The position numbers and the translations under genes were made by a program. This document shows positions 9,201 to 19,130 of a stretch of DNA of 64,000 nt, in pieces (the stretch's first letter is position 1; every line of letters begins with the position of its first letter). The notes beneath the pieces are model-generated. The model was not told where the DNA came from, did not search any database, and was given only the letters and a program-made list of their open reading frames with translations. This DNA is from Candidatus Omnitrophota bacterium (GTDB taxonomy: Bacteria; Omnitrophota; Omnitrophia; Omnitrophales; Aquincolibacteriaceae). Location of the stretch: assembly GCA_022711115.1 (NCBI GenBank), contig JAKLFP010000006.1, positions 86,214 to 150,213 on the forward strand, read 5' to 3'.

Positions 9201-9684
9201 CGCATGGACACCTTTTCGTCTGGATACGTTCGTAATAAATACTTTCTATCTTAGGCTGGTCGCATAAATTCAAACGGGATTGTTCCGAAAAAGAAAACGG
9301 AAGCGGTGGATAAAAAACATCGCCGTCATAATTCTGATGAATCCGCGTCATATAGACCCCATCAATGAGAGAAAGTGTTTGCATGAAAAGATCCGCTCCC
9401 CCAAGGATAAAAGCCTTTTGTGTTTTGATTTGCCCAAGGGCATCTCCGAGCGTATCGAAGAATTGCGGATTGTCACCTCCTGAGGGAAGAGATTTGCTCA
9501 GAACAAAATTCTGACAATCCGGCAACGGTTTGCCGAGACCTTCATAGGTTTTGCGACCCATGATCACCGTGCTCCCAATGGTCAACTTACTGCGGTGTTC
9601 CCTGTCTTCTGGAAAACACCAAGGTATTTTCTGGTTCTTTCCGATAATATGATTTTGAGCGACCGTCACGATATGAAATAGCAT
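9193..9684 (-). CDS. folA: Dihydrofolate reductase, copy 1
   Basis: 163 aa. IIGKNQKIPW, VIMGRKTYEGLGKPLP and ILGGADLF match the DHFR layout. It overlaps the downstream MBL gene by 8 nt. Confidence 0.85.
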   Translation of the reverse strand: MLFHIVTVAQNHIIGKNQKIPWCFPEDREHRSKLTIGSTVIMGRKTYEGLGKPLPDCQNFVLSKSLPSGGDNPQFFDTLGDALGQIKTQKAFILGGADLFMQTLSLIDGVYMTRIHQNYDGDVFYPPLPFSFSEQSRLNLCDQPKIESIYYERIQTKRCPCGE

Positions 9685-9726
9685 AAGACCTTCCCTGCAG
9701 CAGCTACCTTAAAGAATTAAAAAGAC

Positions 9727-10221
9727 TCACGCTTGTTTCTCATAAAAAACAACTTCAAGCAAGGGATCGTCCTGCAGTTTTTCCCGTGATTTTTCTTTAA
9801 AGGCAGCCGGGATTTCCGGATAAAAAACATCGCCCTGGTAATCGGCGTGAATACGGGTGAGATAAATGCCGTGGGCTCGATTAATGGAAGTCCTGTAAAG
9901 CTCCGCACCCCCAATGATAAAAGCGCGCTCGGTCTTCACATTTTTCAAAGCGTCCTCGAGCGTGGAGAAATAGGTTTGACCTGGATAGGGATTTTGACCG
10001 CTCCGATCCAAAATAAAGTTTTGACGTCCCGGCAACGCCTTGCAACCAAGGCTTTCAAATGTCTTGAGGCCCATAATCACCGTCTGGCCTGTGGTCATTT
10101 TTTTGAAATGCTGCAGATCTTTTGAAAAATGCCAGGGGAGTTGATTCCCCTTCCCAATCACTCGGTTATTCGCAACAGCCACAATATGGTAAAGCACAAA
10201 ACCTCCAAACTTTTTGACCAA
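9727..10221 (-). CDS. folA: Dihydrofolate reductase, copy 2 (tandem paralog)
   Basis: 164 aa. VIGKGNQLPWHF, VIMGLKTFESLG, LPGRQNFIL and IIGGAELY are present. By eye it is roughly 45% identical to copy 1. Confidence 0.85.
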   Translation of the reverse strand: MVKKFGGFVLYHIVAVANNRVIGKGNQLPWHFSKDLQHFKKMTTGQTVIMGLKTFESLGCKALPGRQNFILDRSGQNPYPGQTYFSTLEDALKNVKTERAFIIGGAELYRTSINRAHGIYLTRIHADYQGDVFYPEIPAAFKEKSREKLQDDPLLEVVFYEKQA

Positions 10222-10277
10222 AGCTTATGGCTCATAGCTTAGAGCTAGCCGCTAGGGGCTATAGTCTATGGTCTGAT

Positions 10278-11072
10278 TTAAACAGCAACAGGTGCCTTGA
10301 TCGCCGGATGAGGGTCATAACCTTCCAGCTTAAAATCTTCGTATTTAAAATCAAAAATATTTTTTACCGAGGGATTCAGAACCATCTTCGGCAGAGTTTT
10401 CGGCTCGCGGCTCAACTGCAGCTGAACCTGTTCCCGATGATTCAGATAAATGTGCACGTCTCCAAACGTATGCACAAATTCGCCCGACTTCAGACCCGTC
10501 ACCTGTGCCATCATCATAGTCAGAAGCGCGTAAGAAGCAATATTGAAAGGCACCCCCAGAAAAACATCCGCGCTCCGCTGAAAAAGCTGGCAGGAAAGCT
10601 TCCCGTTCAGAACATAAAACTGGAAAAACGCATGGCAGGGCGGCAAAGCCATTCGGTCGATCTCCCCGGCGTTCCATGCGCTGACGATGATTCTCCGGCT
10701 GTCCGGATTGATTTTGATCATGTTAACCGCGTCCGAGATCTGGTCCACCGTCGTTCCGTCATTTTTTTTCCAAGACCGCCACTGAGCGCCATAAACCGGC
10801 CCAAGATCTCCGTTCGCGTCGGCCCACTCGTCCCAGATGGTCACACCGTTGTCTTTCAAAAATTTGATGTTCGTATCCCCTTTTAAAAGCCAAAGCAATT
10901 CATAGAAAATCGATTTGGTGTGGATTTTTTTGGTGGTCACTAGCGGAAACCCTTCCGCCAGATCAAACCGCATCTGATAACCGAAGGTGCTGATCGTCCC
11001 AACGCCCGTGCGGTCTTTTTTTTCGGTGCCGTTTTTGAGGATATGCCGTAGAAGATCAAGATACGGCTTCAT
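10278..11072 (-). CDS. thyA: Thymidylate synthase (ThyA type)
   Basis: 264 aa. [39 protein letters not shown] (catalytic Cys) and the C-terminus PAIKAPVAV. The start overlaps the stop of the upstream gene (ATGA at 11069-11072). Confidence 0.95.
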   Translation of the reverse strand: MKPYLDLLRHILKNGTEKKDRTGVGTISTFGYQMRFDLAEGFPLVTTKKIHTKSIFYELLWLLKGDTNIKFLKDNGVTIWDEWADANGDLGPVYGAQWRSWKKNDGTTVDQISDAVNMIKINPDSRRIIVSAWNAGEIDRMALPPCHAFFQFYVLNGKLSCQLFQRSADVFLGVPFNIASYALLTMMMAQVTGLKSGEFVHTFGDVHIYLNHREQVQLQLSREPKTLPKMVLNPSVKNIFDFKYEDFKLEGYDPHPAIKAPVAV

Positions 11073-12142
11073 GAAGCCTGTCCGGCAGCATTGAGCTCTT
11101 GCATCTTTGTCTTCTGCGAATCTGCGGGCGGCTGAGACTCTTTGAAAAAATGAGTGTCATCGATATTAAGATCTCCGAAGTAATAACCATTCACAAGAAA
11201 AATCGAGGATGCATCGGAGATCTTCGCATAATAACCCCCTGCTTTTTCGTCATTCACCCCTAGACTGATCGCGGTTTCTTTCCCCCCTGCCGTCACAGCG
11301 ATTTCTAACACCGGTTTCTCAAGGCCATACCCTTTTCCGTCCGGGTCCACGACATTCTTCGCTTTAATGCTGTTCAAAGTCGCGATAAAACGTATGACCT
11401 TATCCGGATCAATGGAGGAAGAAAGATCCTGCCTTAAAAATTTCCAGGAGTTTTTCGTGGGATCTGATTTATCGGTGACTAATTCTATTCCGGCAGCGCC
11501 CGTTTTCGCGCCGTTCTTTAACTGGAATACTGTTATTTTTTGAACGTTTTCGGGTTGAAACTTAAAAAGAGTCAAATCCGCCCAATAATCACTTGAGGGT
11601 TTCCCTTCTTCAAGGGGCGTATAGATCCCAAGGAGATCCGCCATGTTCACATCGGAGAAGTAAACCTCATCGCTGGCCGTTTGGCGCAAAAAACACCCCT
11701 GCATCCCGGCCTGTTTCGTGCCCACCTTCAGATCTAAAAGAACCTTTCCTCCGTCCCCTGAAATCACCATGGAAAAAGCATCTTCATTTTTTATTTTAAA
11801 ATCCTCAAAAAGCTTTTTTTCATTCCCGCGCAATTCGCCTTTGGCCGTACTAAGTTTTTCCAAAAGATGATTCACCTTCGTAACATCTGCCGGAACATCC
11901 CAAAGGCTTTTGACTCTCCAAAGATCCTTTTCTTTGACAAGTTCGACAGGCGGCATGGCCACACCGCGGCCGATCAGGATCTTTTTCGCTTTCGTCGAAT
12001 CGAAATGAAACAGCCTAGTCCCCTCCGCTGACTTCAAGGATGCAACAGTCGTGTCACCGGACCGAACCCAGTATTTCGCTAAGATACCGAGCGAAAGAAT
12101 TCCAAGGATCAAAACCAAAACGATTATTTGTTTTTTTTCCAT
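11069..12142 (-). CDS. Membrane-anchored DUF4340-like protein (third gene of a GldG-type ABC cluster)
   Basis: 357 aa with an N-terminal TM ([17 protein letters not shown]). Its position directly after an ABC ATPase and a permease-GldG fusion is the usual context for DUF4340. The family call rests on context and general resemblance only. Confidence 0.55.
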   Translation of the reverse strand: MEKKQIIVLVLILGILSLGILAKYWVRSGDTTVASLKSAEGTRLFHFDSTKAKKILIGRGVAMPPVELVKEKDLWRVKSLWDVPADVTKVNHLLEKLSTAKGELRGNEKKLFEDFKIKNEDAFSMVISGDGGKVLLDLKVGTKQAGMQGCFLRQTASDEVYFSDVNMADLLGIYTPLEEGKPSSDYWADLTLFKFQPENVQKITVFQLKNGAKTGAAGIELVTDKSDPTKNSWKFLRQDLSSSIDPDKVIRFIATLNSIKAKNVVDPDGKGYGLEKPVLEIAVTAGGKETAISLGVNDEKAGGYYAKISDASSIFLVNGYYFGDLNIDDTHFFKESQPPADSQKTKMQELNAAGQAS

Positions 12143-12193
12143 AGCAAGAGAGGCGCCAGAAGTTTGTTCCGCTGACGCTCGGTCTGAGGTCCG

Positions 12194-14701
12194 TTAAGCT
12201 GTCAAACTTTTCAGATACACCTGTTTTGCTCGACGCCGCCAATAAGCCCGTCCAAAACCAAGGATCGCAATAAGCAGCGGTACAAGAAGCGTCGCAAAAA
12301 AACGCCAAAACATTTTTTGAGTTGCCGAGATCTTCGGCAACATCCGATCCACAGGCCCTTTGGAACGGATCCCGATCAGGGCATCCCCTAACGTCAATAT
12401 ATCCATGGCATTAATGAAAAAGTTGAGATGACCGCCCCCCTGCATCAATTGTTTTTGAAAAGGAATAGAAGCACCGATTAAAATGAGTTTCCCCGGTTTC
12501 GGCTGAAGAGGGGGCGCATTTTTTTCCGAAGTTGCATTCGGTTCAGGAGGTGTCGAAGGCGGCTGTGTGGGTGTCGATTCGGCCCATTCAGGGATTTTTT
12601 GGTCTTTAAATGCATCGGCGAATTGGCCTTCCGCCATCACTGCCAACGGAAATGGCCCTTTGGGACTCTTGGGCTGAGACGCGAGAGATGCCGCGCCCAT
12701 AGGCTCTTTTTTAAACGGTACTGTCCAGGAGTTCTTCGACGATGTCAACAAAGTCTCGAGCTTAAGCTGCTGCTCGTTGATTTTCTTGGTATCGATCTTT
12801 AAGGCGCTCCCCCACATATAGAAAAAAGTCGAAAGACGAGAAGTGATGGAAACGTTTAAATTCATCTCCGCATCAGACAAGCGTATCTGAACCGGCAGTT
12901 TGACGGGAATAGAAAGACCCAGGAGTTCGGCACGGGCGCCGCCGCCAAGACTGATCACTTCACTCTGTTCATCCGCCAGAATGTTTTCATCCACTTGGAA
13001 TCCCCAATGTGAAAGCAGGTCATTTACTTCAGGCTCTTTGTTTTTGGGAACAAGAGACAAAGACCCCGTTGCCGAAGGCCGGTAGCTGAATTCATAATTT
13101 TGAACGGCCATGAAAACGGACCCGCCCTGGTAAAGGAACCTGTTGATCTCGTATTTTTGGCGTTCGCTCAATTTGTGAGGTTCGATAACGGCGAGAGTTT
13201 TCATCCCGTCAGGAATCGGCGTCTCTTTATCAAGGGCAATCCGCGCCACAGAATAGCCCTCATACTGCAATCCCAACTGGAGGAATTCATAAGGATCGTC
13301 CCGGTAACTTGGCGGGATCTGACCGCCTCCGAGCTGCTGCAGCAAAGCCATCAGGTTCGGGTCCATGGAACGCTCTTCATAGGGTGCCACCAGTGCGATC
13401 TTGGGAATTTCCGGCAAGGTCATGCGGTAAAGTTTTGAAACAATGGTGTATTCGAGCTCGTTGAGATTCCCGGGATGAATACGCGGCAAAACCTCCTCGG
13501 GCTTTTCTTTATAGGAAAGCGTGATCCCTGAATAAATCAACCGGACGCCCATTTCATCGGACTGGATGGATTCCACCTGAAAAGGCTCAATGCCTTTTTT
13601 GGAAATTTTTTCTTCCATCGTCTCTTCTTTCTTACTTCCTTCGACCGCGTTCGCCGCATCCATATGGAACACCTTATACTGAAAACGGCCTTCAGATACG
13701 GCGCGCAATTCCTCGAGTTTGTCGCGGACATCCTGCTCCAGGGTTTTCATGGCAGTCGGCATCTTATCGGCGGAGGAAATATAGAATTTTGCGATCACGG
13801 GTGATTTAAGATCCCGCAGGATCTTTTTCGTTGCCGTTGAGATCGTGTACATTTTCCCTTCGCTCAAATCAAAACGGCCAAGCGGAATCTCCGCCACAAA
13901 CCAATTGCTCAAAAGAAAAATAGCGGTGCAGATTACCGTCGTTGTTGTAAATATCGATACCGCTTTCGGACGCATCCGTCCTTCGACCCAAAACCCGTTC
14001 AGCACAAGCGCCACCGCGCTACCGACCACAAAATAAAGCACATCCCGGTTATCAACCACTCCTTTGGCAAAAGAAGCATAATGGTCCGCGGCCCCCAGAA
14101 AATGCCTGAGAAACGTGCCCAAACCCGAGACCCAGCCGTCGAGTGATGTGGCGACAAATTCCGTCCCGATCAGGAACAGGCCGAAGCAGATCATCATCGA
14201 GAGAATAAAAGAAACAATCTGATCGCGAAAAAATCCTGAAATAAGAATGCCCATAGCGAGAAAAAAACCTCCCAGAAATGCCGCACCGACATAACCGCTT
14301 AAGATGGCCCCGGTATCCGGACGGCCGAGCGCTTGAAGCATGACCGGGACGGGAAAAGTAGCGACAAGGGCGATTAGATAAAAAAGGAAGCTTGCAAAAA
14401 ATTTCCCGAGTACAAGTTCTTGAGGCTGCATCGGGAAAGTCAGCAGAAGCTCCTGAGTGTTCCCTCGTTTTTCTTCGGACCAAAGCCGCATCGAAACCGC
14501 GGGAATAAACGCGGCCAGCAAGAACGGCAACATATAAAAGAAAGTCCGCATATCCACACGGCCGATCAAAAAGAACTGGGTCATAAAAAGACCGCCGTTC
14601 AGAAGCGTAAAAATGATCAGGAAGATATAAGCGATGGGAGAATTGAAATAGGTTGCCATTTCCCGCCGCAGAATAATGGAAAGATTCGAAAGCGTTTTCA
14701 T
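12194..14701 (-). CDS. ABC-2 type permease fused to a GldG-like auxiliary domain
   Basis: 835 aa. The N-terminal ~240 aa are polytopic (ABC-2/GldF-like). A large soluble region follows, then a C-terminal TM (FWRFFATLLVPLLIAILGF). The start overlaps the ATPase stop (ATGA at 14698-14701). Confidence 0.7.
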   Translation of the reverse strand: MKTLSNLSIILRREMATYFNSPIAYIFLIIFTLLNGGLFMTQFFLIGRVDMRTFFYMLPFLLAAFIPAVSMRLWSEEKRGNTQELLLTFPMQPQELVLGKFFASFLFYLIALVATFPVPVMLQALGRPDTGAILSGYVGAAFLGGFFLAMGILISGFFRDQIVSFILSMMICFGLFLIGTEFVATSLDGWVSGLGTFLRHFLGAADHYASFAKGVVDNRDVLYFVVGSAVALVLNGFWVEGRMRPKAVSIFTTTTVICTAIFLLSNWFVAEIPLGRFDLSEGKMYTISTATKKILRDLKSPVIAKFYISSADKMPTAMKTLEQDVRDKLEELRAVSEGRFQYKVFHMDAANAVEGSKKEETMEEKISKKGIEPFQVESIQSDEMGVRLIYSGITLSYKEKPEEVLPRIHPGNLNELEYTIVSKLYRMTLPEIPKIALVAPYEERSMDPNLMALLQQLGGGQIPPSYRDDPYEFLQLGLQYEGYSVARIALDKETPIPDGMKTLAVIEPHKLSERQKYEINRFLYQGGSVFMAVQNYEFSYRPSATGSLSLVPKNKEPEVNDLLSHWGFQVDENILADEQSEVISLGGGARAELLGLSIPVKLPVQIRLSDAEMNLNVSITSRLSTFFYMWGSALKIDTKKINEQQLKLETLLTSSKNSWTVPFKKEPMGAASLASQPKSPKGPFPLAVMAEGQFADAFKDQKIPEWAESTPTQPPSTPPEPNATSEKNAPPLQPKPGKLILIGASIPFQKQLMQGGGHLNFFINAMDILTLGDALIGIRSKGPVDRMLPKISATQKMFWRFFATLLVPLLIAILGFGRAYWRRRAKQVYLKSLTA

Positions 14702-15450
14702 GCATTCACCGTTTTCCGGGGGGCCAATAGCTGGATAAAAATATCTTCGAGGCTCAGCTCTTTTGCAGACTGACCTTGCGCTAAAACTTTTTCCGCCAGT
14801 TCTCTTTTCGTCCCCTGCGCCACCAATTTCCCTTCGTTGATGATCACAATCCGGTCCGCAAGAACTTCGACTTCTTGTAAAATGTGTGTGGAAAAAATAA
14901 TGGTCTTTTCTTTGGCAAGGCTTTTGATCAGGGAACGAATCCCGATGATCTGAATCGGATCCAGCCCGGAGGTCGGCTCATCAAGGATCAGAACTTTAGG
15001 GTCATGGATCAGCGCCTGCGCAAGCCCGACGCGCTGTCCATAGCCTTTGGATAACTCGCAAAGCAAATGTTTCCACACGGATTTCAGCTGACAAGCCTCT
15101 CTCACCCATCCGAGACGTTCCTGGAGACTCTTCGAAGAAAGTTCACGCGCCTTGCCGACAAAATTCAGATATTCCTCTACTTGCATATCGGCATAAAGCG
15201 GCAAGGTTTCCGGCAGATAGCCGATGCGTTTGCGGACTTCAAGCGGATTTTCCAGAATGTCGATCCCGTCGACCTTCGCGGTGCCCGAGGAAGGATAAAG
15301 GTAGGTCGTCAGAATTCTCATCGCCGTGGTTTTACCGGCACCATTCGGCCCCAAAAGACCGAGAATCTCTCCGGGATTTGCCTGAAAAGAAACCCCGTCA
15401 AGTGCGACCACGGGGCCGTACCGCATGGCTAAGGATTGAACATCTATCAT
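14698..15450 (-). CDS. ABC transporter ATP-binding protein
   Basis: 250 aa. Walker A GPNGAGKTT, signature LSKGYGQR, Walker B LILDEPTSGLD. Confidence 0.9.
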   Translation of the reverse strand: MIDVQSLAMRYGPVVALDGVSFQANPGEILGLLGPNGAGKTTAMRILTTYLYPSSGTAKVDGIDILENPLEVRKRIGYLPETLPLYADMQVEEYLNFVGKARELSSKSLQERLGWVREACQLKSVWKHLLCELSKGYGQRVGLAQALIHDPKVLILDEPTSGLDPIQIIGIRSLIKSLAKEKTIIFSTHILQEVEVLADRIVIINEGKLVAQGTKRELAEKVLAQGQSAKELSLEDIFIQLLAPRKTVNA

Positions 15451-15491
15451 AAAAAATAAAATTCCTTAAAAAATATAGATCAAAGTTAAAT

Positions 15492-16199
15492 TTACCGGCG
15501 CCGTCCAAAAAGCCGGAGGAGAAACAGAAACATATTAATGAAATCGAGATAAAGCCTCAAGGCGCCCATGATCGCAAGCTGTTCCGGCGCATGGGACCCG
15601 CTCTGGTGGATCGCTTTCAGTTTTTGAGTGTCATAAGCCGTGAGACCGATAAAAACCGCGACCCCGACATAAGAGAGGATCCAGTCAAAGACCGGCGAGT
15701 GAAAGAAAATATTTACAACACTGGCAAGGATCACTCCCCAGAGAGCCATCCCGCAAAAACTGCCGACTGAAGTTAAATCTTGTTTGGTCACCCATCCGTA
15801 CAAGCTCACCCCTGCGAAGGTCATGGCCGTGATAAAAAAAGTCGCAGAGATCGACGCCATGGTGTAAATAAGGAAAATAGTCGCCATGGTAATGCCATTC
15901 AGCGCGGAATAAATAAGAAACCCGAGTACGGCCGTTTGTGCGGAAATCCTTTGGATGCTCGCGGAAAGCCATAGGACGATTCCGAATTCCGCGATAAAGA
16001 AAAGCCAAATACCGCCTTTTAAGAGAAACCGAAGTAAGGGAACATTGCCTGCCGTAAAAAAAGCGATAAGCCCTGTCAGTGCAAGCCCCATGGCCATCCA
16101 CTGATAGACGCGTTGCATAAAAGTCGAAAAAACGGCTCCGTGGGAATAGGAAAATTGGTTCTGTTCATTCTGCTCCATAAAAAAATCCTCCTTTGACAT
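15492..16199 (-). CDS. Bax inhibitor-1/YccA family membrane protein
   Basis: 235 aa with about 7 TM segments. It has a typical BI-1 N-terminal FMQRVYQWMAMGLALTG and a basic C-terminus. The true start may be the internal MEQNEQ. Confidence 0.8.
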   Translation of the reverse strand: MSKEDFFMEQNEQNQFSYSHGAVFSTFMQRVYQWMAMGLALTGLIAFFTAGNVPLLRFLLKGGIWLFFIAEFGIVLWLSASIQRISAQTAVLGFLIYSALNGITMATIFLIYTMASISATFFITAMTFAGVSLYGWVTKQDLTSVGSFCGMALWGVILASVVNIFFHSPVFDWILSYVGVAVFIGLTAYDTQKLKAIHQSGSHAPEQLAIMGALRLYLDFINMFLFLLRLFGRRR

Positions 16200-16291
16200 T
16201 ACTGATGTGCGTGTATTGTAGCTAAAAAAACACTCTTTCTCAAGACAGATGCGAGACCCACCCGCATGGAAGGAATAAAAGCTTTTTCAGA

Positions 16292-16693
16292 TCAAGCAAC
16301 CGGCGGCACGTCTGAAGTAACAGGAGGCGCCAGAAATTCCCTGATCTTTTTGGCCGGTCTCGCCACAATGGCCTTATCCCCCTTTTCCACAATCGGTCTT
16401 TGAAGAAGATCCGGATAAATTGCTAAAAGATCCAGCCATTGGTTTTCGGTAAGTTTTTTCTGGTTCAATTTCAAGTCAAGATACAGCTGGTCCTTTTTCC
16501 GGATCAGTTCTTCGATGGGAAGTCCGATCTTCTGAATGAGTTCCTTAAGTTTTGATTTCGGGATCGGGTCTGTAAAATAATCCACCGCTTCAAAATCTAC
16601 ATTGGATTCTTTCAGGATCTGATGAACTTCCTTACAAGTCGTGCAGGTAGGTTTCTGATAAACTGTGATCTCTGACATGCTTACTCCTTCCAA
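16292..16693 (-). CDS. ArsC/Spx-family thioredoxin-fold protein
   Basis: 133 aa. ITVYQKPTCTTCKE near the N-terminus and LLQRPIV near the C-terminus are typical of the ArsC family. An alternative start at 16678 (MSEITVY) avoids overlap with the NUDIX gene. Confidence 0.7.
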   Translation of the reverse strand: MEGVSMSEITVYQKPTCTTCKEVHQILKESNVDFEAVDYFTDPIPKSKLKELIQKIGLPIEELIRKKDQLYLDLKLNQKKLTENQWLDLLAIYPDLLQRPIVEKGDKAIVARPAKKIREFLAPPVTSDVPPVA

Positions 16694-17280
16694 TCATTAG
16701 GCGGACGGATCTGACAGGAAGAAGGTCCTTGGTCAGGGTTTTGCTTTTCTTCCTTCACTTTGCGGTCCGCAAAGTAAATTTTTAAAAAATAGAGTCCTGT
16801 ATACACTTTCGGGTCCACAAGATAACCGTGTTTTTCCATGGTATGCAGCCACAAAGCCGCTCCCGTCAGAGGGACTTCATGGACGATGATGGATTCTGTC
16901 GCGTCCCCTCCGCCCGGCCCTTTTTTAACAACGCCGATGGCTTGATAGAATGTAATGATCTCGGAACTCAACCCGCTTGAAACAGGTCCCTCGACGATCA
17001 AGGAAAGATGTTCCGCTTCATAACCTGTTTCTTCCAAAAGCTCGCGCCGGGCCGCATCTTCCATGGTCTCGGGATCATGGGACAGCTTGTCATTGACGAG
17101 GCCGGCCGGGAATTCGATCACGTGAGATTTGACCGGTCGGCGAAACTGTTCGACAAAAAGAACCTTTTCTTCCCTCGTCACCGCCACAATGACCACGATA
17201 CCGCTGCAATTGGTCCTTTTGACGTACTCCCAGTTGTCTTCGCGAATCAAATCAAGATACTTCCCCTTAAAAAGAATCAT
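16681..17280 (-). CDS. NUDIX hydrolase (ADP-ribose pyrophosphatase-like)
   Basis: 199 aa. The Nudix box is G-x5-E-x7-REUxEExGU, seen here as GLVNDKLSHDPETMEDAARRELLEETGYEA. Confidence 0.85.
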   Translation of the reverse strand: MILFKGKYLDLIREDNWEYVKRTNCSGIVVIVAVTREEKVLFVEQFRRPVKSHVIEFPAGLVNDKLSHDPETMEDAARRELLEETGYEAEHLSLIVEGPVSSGLSSEIITFYQAIGVVKKGPGGGDATESIIVHEVPLTGAALWLHTMEKHGYLVDPKVYTGLYFLKIYFADRKVKEEKQNPDQGPSSCQIRPPNDWKE

Positions 17281-17318
17281 GCCTGGAATCTCCGTTTTCG
17301 ATGAATGGAAGCGGCTGC

Positions 17319-19085
17319 TTATAAAGTTTGCCGCGGATCACTTTCGCCCGCTATTTTACCAGAACTATCTTCAAAACAAATCATTTGTGCAGTACCGATC
17401 TTTTCCTTTTTCTCGATCTTATGGCCTAGAAGCTCAAGCTTGACCCGCATCGTCTCTTGCGCATAGATCCCCGGCTCCATCCATAAAATGCCCTCGCGAT
17501 CCAAAACACGTGAAGCCGCTATGGAATCAGCGCAGGTCCTGCCGAAATCGATCTTCTGGACAAAAAGATTCATCAGAACCGCCGCGGGATCTTCATCCCC
17601 ATAGGCATCCATCACAAGAAAAGGCTTCCCCTTTTCAAAGACCAGTGTCGAAACAACCGGAGCTCGCGGTCTCTGCCCGGGGGAAGGAATATTGACGGCC
17701 TCCCCCTTTTTGACAAGGTCGGGTGTGGCATTAAAATCTGTCAACTGGTTATTCAGGAAAAAACCATAACCGGGGACCATGACCGCAGAACCAAAGGCGT
17801 CTCCGAGCGTCATAGTTAATGCGGCGATATTCCCGTGAGTATCCGCAACAAGAACAGAAGACAGCATCTGTTTTCTGCCGGTCTCAGGGGTATTTTTTTG
17901 AGAATCTTTTAATCGGAGAACTTTATCAAATTTGATCGATTCCCTGAGTTCCTGAGCCCATTTTTCAGACAGAAGCTCCTCCAGAGGAACTTCAAAGACA
18001 TCCGGATCGGCAATGGCAAGGCCCCCGGTAAAAGCATGTTTTTGAGTTTCCTCCAAAATATGATAGGTCTCCGCGGTTTTTCCAAAACCCGCAAGTCCGA
18101 ACTGAGACAAAATATTGAGCGCACGAAAAAGCATGATACCGCCGGCCGCCGGAGGACTGACGCTGAAAACATCATACCCTTCATAGGTGATATGGATCGG
18201 GTCCCGCCTGGCTACACTGTAATCTTCAAGATCACGATAGTTTAGAAACCCCGGCCGAAAAGAATTTTTTTGGACCGTTTGCACTATCGCTTTGGCAATC
18301 TCTCCCTCGTAAAAAATCCGGATCCCTTTTGACTGTATGAGTCGAAAAGTTTTGGCAAGGTCGGGTTGAGAGATTTTGGATTCTGCGCTGACCGGTTGGT
18401 TGTTTTTTAAAAAAAGCCCGCGCCCCGCATCAAAAAGCGCCAGTCTTTCTTTGTGTTCCTGAATCGCTTGCGCCAACGATGCAGAAACAGCGGCCGCCCC
18501 ACCGGCTTCCTGGATGGCAGGATCAAAAAGTTTTGCAAAAGAAAATTTTTGAGTGCCATACCGCGCATGCACCTCCTCCAACAATTTCAGAAGCCCGGGC
18601 GTGCCGACAGGAAGTCCGCCGGTGTTCCGATCCGACCGATAAGGACGAAGTTCCCCTTTTTCATCAAAAAACATTTCCGCAAAGACCTCTGCCGGCGTTT
18701 GAACGCTGCCATCAAAAAAAAGGATCCGCCTTGTCCCGATATCATAAAAAAGGAGATACCCGCTTCCGCCAAGGCCGGACGACTGAGGCTGCACCACATT
18801 GAGAACCCAAGCCGCGGCTACCGCAGCATCAATCGCATTGCCTCCCTGCCCTAAAACTTCCGTGGCGGCTTTTGTCGCACGGAGATCTGAAGTCACAGCA
18901 ATAGCTTTATCACTCAGGGCTGCCTGAAGTACCGGAGAAAAAAGAAAGGTGAGAAAAAGGCTTCGTAAAACACAGGAAGCAACGGGGAAGGTATACTTTA
19001 GAAAAAACTTCATTTTAAGAGGCCCAGAACGCCGCACATCATGCGTTGGATAATTGAAAATTTTCATTCCGAAAATATTCTCCAC
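17319..19085 (-). CDS. ggt: Gamma-glutamyltransferase
   Basis: 588 aa. GGNAIDAAVAAAWVLNVVQPQSSGLGGSGYLL, plus a catalytic-Thr region DTHGNIAALTMTLGDAFGS. The signal-like start may be the internal MKFFLKY (19013). Confidence 0.85.
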   Translation of the reverse strand: MENIFGMKIFNYPTHDVRRSGPLKMKFFLKYTFPVASCVLRSLFLTFLFSPVLQAALSDKAIAVTSDLRATKAATEVLGQGGNAIDAAVAAAWVLNVVQPQSSGLGGSGYLLFYDIGTRRILFFDGSVQTPAEVFAEMFFDEKGELRPYRSDRNTGGLPVGTPGLLKLLEEVHARYGTQKFSFAKLFDPAIQEAGGAAAVSASLAQAIQEHKERLALFDAGRGLFLKNNQPVSAESKISQPDLAKTFRLIQSKGIRIFYEGEIAKAIVQTVQKNSFRPGFLNYRDLEDYSVARRDPIHITYEGYDVFSVSPPAAGGIMLFRALNILSQFGLAGFGKTAETYHILEETQKHAFTGGLAIADPDVFEVPLEELLSEKWAQELRESIKFDKVLRLKDSQKNTPETGRKQMLSSVLVADTHGNIAALTMTLGDAFGSAVMVPGYGFFLNNQLTDFNATPDLVKKGEAVNIPSPGQRPRAPVVSTLVFEKGKPFLVMDAYGDEDPAAVLMNLFVQKIDFGRTCADSIAASRVLDREGILWMEPGIYAQETMRVKLELLGHKIEKKEKIGTAQMICFEDSSGKIAGESDPRQTL

Positions 19086-19130
19086 CCAGGAAAAGTGTGA
19101 TCATCGGTACAAACCACGAGGGCCTAACGG

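Noticed and set aside
10227-10886. A 219-aa plus-strand ORF.
   Set aside because: It is antisense to thyA, whose identity is unambiguous.
14052-14705. A 217-aa minus-strand ORF in an alternative frame inside the ABC-2/GldG fusion gene. Similar alternative-frame ORFs occur at 15685..16101, 10351..10677 and 21555..21995.
   Set aside because: They overlap longer ORFs that have clear family signatures. Their translations are R/G/S-rich, which is typical of off-frame reading.
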